From Atractiella rhizophila (Eukaryota): a stretch of DNA of 52,215 nucleotides. This document shows, piece after piece, positions 46,507 to 52,215 of this stretch. Made by a program: the position numbers and the translations under genes. Position 1 is the first letter of the stretch; each line of letters opens with the position of its first letter. Location of the stretch: the NCBI GenBank assembly GCA_021432655.1, contig MU271503.1:1-52215 (forward strand), in the 5' to 3' direction. The notes under the pieces are model-generated. The model did not search any database. It had not been told where the DNA came from and was given only the letters and a program-made list of their open reading frames with translations.

Positions 46507-48652
46507 TGCAGGGATCTACGTCGATCAAGCAGCAAAGCAATGGTTAAACTGCTGTAGAAGAGAAGTCTACAGGCAGACGGAAAAACGTCAAACAGGGGCA
46601 GGCTTTATTAGTGTGCATGAGTAAGTTGAGGCGCTTCCAAGCTCTAACGTTGTTAAGCGGTCTCAAAGCTGAGTTCACGAACCAGCCCAACTCTACGAAC
46701 TTGACAAGGAAGTGGACTCCGCAAGATATACTCCGTCATTCAATCATGTTCCGCTTCGGGGTGGTCCTGCTGAATTGAGAAGCGTGAACCTGACGCACTG
46801 GGCCAAAACTCGACGGGATACCCGGCCGTAAGACTTATTTAAAGCAAATGGAAAAGCTTGGAAGGCTCGACTGAAGGATACAGGATTGATGGAGCGTCAG
46901 GAAAGAATTGCAATGATTTCTCTCCTCTTGCCCTCCCATTCAAAACTGCGTCAGTTCAGTCATCTCCATCGGAGCCAATATTTTCAAAATACTCTTAAGG
47001 TCTTCACACTTGTGTCAGAAAGCGAAGAAGCTCAATCAAAGTTACTGCAATCAACCTGAAGGTCTTCCGTGCTCCATCCCGTTGGCAATAGGTGGGGGTT
47101 GGATTGCTGTAACCTACAGGGAATATCGTTCTTTCTTCGGTAAGAAGAGTGTGCGTCGCCAATTCAAACCGCACCTTCTAATAGCTTCTATATCCCTGCG
47201 ACCACACAGAAAGGCAGAAGAACAGCCTCTTGCGCAGACGAGAGGAGAAAGCAACCGACCCGGACTCCGCGTATCAATATATCACCTAGATGTGTCGGTG
47301 CCATTGACTCCTGAGATCGGTACAAACTGCGGGGGGTTAAAAGAGGAAGAAAATCAGAAAAAACAACAGAGCCAAGAACCTGCCAAAAGACCAACTCGGG
47401 AGCAGTTCCGTGAAATCGAACAAGGAACCGTGTCAAAGTGTTCTTCGAAAGAGGACAGTGTATTTGCTCTTCCATGAACTTGCATAGTCCACAGCCTGAA
47501 CTCACACAACTCCAACTCCGGTGGCTGGGATATGTTCGTAGAATTGAATACCAGCGGGCAGGATCTTCTGACGTCTGTCTGTGCCCTGAACGGAGCGTTT
47601 CAACGGTTGGCGACAGAGTACTGCTTGATTTCGTCACGAGACTCTGTTGGTCGTGAACAATGTGATCCGTTAACACGTATTTTCCTAGTAAACTTGATCA
47701 GAAACGTCGGTTTGCGGACACACTACAGTAGCAACGTCTTGAGATGAGACCTCAACGTTCAATCCAAACTGGTGTTTTCGAGAATCGACCTTGCTGTCCA
47801 ACTTGAAGTTAAGAAGGCGAATCTAACAACTCTGACAGGCAACGACATAACAACTCTGTTGGACCTTGGTTGGACTCAGATCTGTCGCCCCACCAGTATC
47901 TGATACTGCACACTGCGTAGATGAAGTGAATAATAATAACTCTGAATGATTGGCTAGTCCTCGACAGTAAGCTTCAGCTCACTCGATATGGGATACTACG
48001 ATCTTCATGACTTCAAGATCACACGTACTGTAAGATATCCCTGCAATTGGTTTCACAGCAAAACTTGCTCTATTTGGTTGGATGTGATAGAAAAATAGAA
48101 ATGTGATAATTTTCGCTGTCAACTTGAAATTTCAGCACAATCATGATGACGTTCTCAAAATGAAAATGATCACCAGGTATATAAACTGGAGGTCCCCATC
48201 TGCTCCTGCAGGGTCCCTCTGCTGCTTGGGCAGGCAGCAAAGCCCCAAATGGACTTCTAATGGACTTTACGCGTCACTTACCAGTTTCAAAGATATAATC
48301 AAGTTCAGTTTGGTTCAGTGCAAGTTGTCACCTTTCCACGTACACGCACCGACACCTGAGGAACACGACGTACAGAAGTGACGTTTGGAGTGAAGAGCGA
48401 TCAGGAGTTGCCAGGAAGCCTTTCTTGGGTCTCATACTCGTATCCACAGGGTGAGTCGTCTGCCCTAGCACTCTGGGCACCATGGATGGCGGCCTGACGG
48501 ACTGTGTTGGGCGAAAGTTGTCCTCGGATTTTAAAGCCCCTATCTGGTTCAGGATCCTGACGATCAGTCTTTCGACAGCCTTTCGTTCGCTCCTCTCAAG
48601 AAACGAAGTCAAGCAAGTCACGATAATCTTAACGAAGTAACGAAACGACAAA

Positions 48653-51600
48653 ATGTGGCAAGAAGATACAAAGTTTTCGACAATCAAGCGGGACACTCAG
48701 TCCATAGCCAATTCTCGAAGGGAAGCGCCGTTGCCTCCCATTCCCAAGGATCTCGAACCACTCCCACCTATCTCAATCGAAATACCATCGTCCGCTGCAA
48801 ACGAGAAGCCATCTGGAAATTTCACTGCTAATTTCAGCGGATCAAGCTCGATACCTAAGAGCACCGGTTCCAGGCACAGTTCGGCAGAATTGTCCTTCCT
48901 GAGCCAACAGCTCGCGCAATTTGATTCTAATATTTCAAACGAATGGGACTTTAACAATTCCACGTCCCCACTTTCGTCCGCAAAAAACGGTAATGATGAA
49001 TCGGTCGAGTTCCCAAACTCTCCCACTGGAGAAGACGCTGGCATCGCACCAACGCCTGTTCCCGCCGCCACCAATGGCGCTTCTGCACCCGCTGCAACGA
49101 ACGGTCTCAAACGTACGACCTCGATCTCACATCCAAAAGTCCAAATCCCTCGCTATGTGAGGCAGTCCTTCTCGTCCCGTCCCACCGACCTTCCTGGCTC
49201 ACCTACTGCTGCTAACTCTACCACAACGAGTAGCCGGCCGACGTCCCCTACCAACATTATCCCTTCGATAACAGCGACACAGTTCACGGTCGAGTCTCCC
49301 ATTGAGGAGAAACCCGTTCGAGCGCTCCTGGTTCCGAAGGTTGCATTGAGGAGGAGTGATACGTTGCCGAAGTATCCACCAGAGCCGGAGAAGTTGAAGG
49401 AAGCAGAGACGGTTGATAGAGATGTTGATAGCCTTCCGTTGAACCCTAAAGTCTGGACACCGACACATGTGTGTACTCTGTTCCTCTGTTACGTTTATGT
49501 GTCCTCAAAGCGACTTGATGATCAGGTCGGAATATACCTCACCCACGTCTTAAAACTGGTTCCCAAGCCACTCGTTCGTCTATCCCTTCACAGGTGTCAC
49601 GATATTGACGCTGAAATAGGTGGAAGATGTCCGCGCTTACGTTACGACATCAAGTATGGGAGGACGCACCTTTTTGCGAATGAAAGAGTCCGACCTGCGA
49701 GAACTGGGAATCAATCAAAATTGGGTCCGCATCATCTCTTCCGCTCGAGAGAAGCTTCGTCGAGAAGTTCTCGCTGGTAAAATCTGGGGCGTCGAAGAAG
49801 AAGAAGTGCCGGAATCCCAAGGTGAAGGTATGAAGTCTGGGACCAATTTAGGCGTTCCGGAGGCGAAGGAAATGTGGCAGAAGAGTTGGAGGAGAACGAA
49901 GGGCAGTAAGAGCAGAGGAAGGGTCAAAGGTATGGCCCAAGAATTCGAAAATATCATGTGCGTCCTTTTCCCTGCTTTGTGAAAACGAATGGAGGTTGAT
50001 GGGTCGGTGTGAATGATATAGGCCCGAGGACCGTCCTGATTCTCCGAGTTCACTCTCGTTTGCCCGTGCTGAAGAGGCACGAAAGGCGATCTCTCAAGGA
50101 TGGAAAGACCGTCGACGCAGGAAGAAGAAGGCCCCTGCTACTCCCTCCGATGTTCCCGCCCTCACCGACGATTCTAACGTCACCCATCCTCAACACGTTA
50201 AGTCCGATTCAATATCTTCGTCCAGCGAAATTTCCTTCGAAGATGATCAAGGAACCCGCTCCGTAATCAGGAAGAGAAACGACAGTGTCTCGTCTTTTGA
50301 TTCTGCGGACGACAGCGAGGTTTCCGCTTCGAGTGTAGAGTTTTCGGATATGGATGCTTCGGAAGGAGTGTTTGGGGACATGATGGCTAGTCGGTTTTTG
50401 AACAAGCCTCTGGAAGGTATCGACTTTGCTTTCTCGTTGGAATCTGTAACGACTCCAACTGAAGAAAAGACGATTATTGATACACCCGTTGAGGCTATGA
50501 AGAAGGATGAGGAAGAAAAGGACGTGGAGAGCATGAATGGTCTGCCGCCTGCGTTGGCTGAGCTCTTAGCCCCTATACGAGAAGATAGAGAATTCGAGAC
50601 GTCGACTTTAGGCGATATACCTTCGATTCCATCGCGAACCGCAACATCTCCAGCTTCGATCCCGAGCGCTGATCACAACGATTTCACCTGTCCTCCTGCC
50701 ACAGGGTCGTATCAAAGTCGCTTCATCAATCACCAGAAGAACAATGTCAATCCATACGAGAAGATACCGCCGAATCCGAGGAAGAGAAGTTCGTTGTTCC
50801 TCGGCAGTGGATTTACCAAAGGTAGTATACGAGGATTGCCAAAAGGTGGAAGTGGACGGTTTACGGTCGAGGAGTTGATAGAGATGGATCCAGAGTTGAA
50901 TGACTTTCAAGAAGATAGTCCTTTTGCTCAAGAGGACGACGAGAGGGTTACGATGAAAAAGGTGACAGGGAAAGAAGACATGAACGAAGCGGACGGGAAA
51001 ATGAAAACGATGTCTCTTGCCTCTTCCACACGAGCGACCAGTACCATGTCCCGACGCCACCATATCAGGGATATCTTCGGTCCTTTGGTCGAAGTTCCCG
51101 TTTCTGAACTCGAACAGGAAACGTCGAGCTCAAGTGAACCTCCAGCTTATGATCCCGCAGAAGAGAGTACCAAGAAAACGCAGAATGGCGACTCTCTGAC
51201 ACTGTTGGGAGAGAAATTGGACGGGGACAAGAATGGAAGCGTGATGCTTGTTAGGAAGAGCCACTTGAGGAAGTTGGAGGCTAAATTGGCAGAGTTGGAG
51301 AATCAGCTCGCAAATTCCCAAGATGGTCAATCGGAGAAAGGTGTTGGAAAGGAAGCGAGAGGCGAAATCTCGCACTCTCACAAACGAACGGATTCCGCCA
51401 TCTCCAATATCTCCAACGGAGACGATGTCGTCGCTCTCGTACCTGCCGAAACCGCTAGTCGATATTCTTCCCTCAAAGGCAAACAGCCTAAGGAATGGTT
51501 CCTCGCTCAATCTGATGACCCAAGCGAAGGAGTAGAGGAACCGCTCGTTTCTTCCGAGGCAAATGTGTCCGTAGTGGAGAAGAAGAGAGAATTAAACATG

Positions 51601-51696
51601 GGATGGTCAGAGCTAGGATCTTTCTGTCTCGCAGCCTCAGCAGGAATCGGGGTTGTGATAGGACAAGTTGTTTTCAGCAAGCTCCTGAGAAAGTGA
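48653..51696 (+). CDS. SAM-domain protein with long disordered regions, a coiled coil and a C-terminal transmembrane anchor
   Basis: Spliced WTPTH|VGIYLTHVLKLVPKPL|VEDVRAYV..MGGRTFLRMKESDLRELGI is SAM-like; LRKLEAKLAELENQL is a coiled coil; the C-terminus is FCLAASAGIGVVIGQVVFSKLLRK*. Confidence 0.7.
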
Positions 51697-52032
51697 TGGG
51701 TCTCCGCGTTCTGTAAGAAAGGTTGATGGCTTTATTGTTGTCTTTTGAGCATTTTAATTGTTTTATTACATTCGTCTTCTTCTTTTTGTGACGACCTTAA
51801 CGACTGGATACGACTTTTAATGACCGCTTTATCAGAGACTGGTTTTCTCGCGTTCGTCAGCTCCTGTTGACTTGACTTTGCTCATCTGGTAATACATGCT
51901 TGCGAAGCGCTCGTTACTCCCATTTGCTTACCACTGCCACCCCTCAACTTGCTCGACTTGTGGTAACATCGTGATGAAAGACAAATAAAATTAAGCAAGG
52001 TATATCAGAGGTTTGCTAACGGCAACGATTGC

Positions 52033-52123
52033 ATACAAAGGAGTGCGAATACAAAGGAACGGGAAGATTGAATGCGAAAAGATTGAATGCGAATTGCGAC
52101 TTGCGACTTGCGGCTTGCGACTT
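52033..52123. repeat. Cluster of short tandem repeats
   Basis: ATACAAAGGA x2, AAGATTGAATGCGAA x2, TTGCGAC x4 (one variant). Confidence 0.75.
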
Positions 52124-52215
52124 CTATTCATACTCAAGAGTCCATTGCAACAGGATTTGAATCAACGGAAACGCTCATCGGGGTCATCGAATGGGGTCTC
52201 GAATGGATTCGTGAT

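Noticed and set aside
47438..47656. QLRWLGYVRR resembling the C-terminal motif of RTE-type LINEs
   Set aside because: No reverse transcriptase or endonuclease motifs in any nearby frame; probably chance or an unrelated relic.
52033..52123. CRISPR-like or telomeric array
   Set aside because: Adjacent short repeats with no spacers, in a eukaryotic context, and not TTAGGG-like.

Overview
Gene-dense, intron-rich fungal nuclear DNA, most likely from a basidiomycete (short GT-AG introns with CTRAY-like branch sites, a DUF6533-like 7TM gene, a basidiomycete-type HapX). Recognisable genes are a Chs7-family chitin synthase export chaperone, CMC1, lipoyl synthase LIP5, RTP1/TANGO6, HapX, a large PPR protein, FOL3/FPGS, eIF3b (PRT1), mitoribosomal mL40 (MRPL28), an ABC1/ADCK2-like kinase and KAE1. 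There are also a DUF6533-like membrane protein, a SAM-domain tail-anchored protein and several orphans. The most unusual parts are: (i) a ~3.2 kb head-to-tail duplication (27203-30430 / 30432-33654) giving a second MRPL28 and a truncated eIF3b, overlapping an older ~2.4 kb duplication that carries an orphan gene pair with an atypical zinc-finger-like C-terminus; (ii) oversized, structured introns in KAE1 (653 nt, H/ACA-like) and MRPL28 (294 nt, C/D-like) that may host undescribed ncRNAs; (iii) an exact SreA/Urbs1-type ATCWGATAA site upstream of hapX. Homopolymer frameshifts in two conserved genes suggest consensus errors, so pseudogene and duplication calls need read-level checks. All family calls come from recognising motifs by eye; no searches were run.
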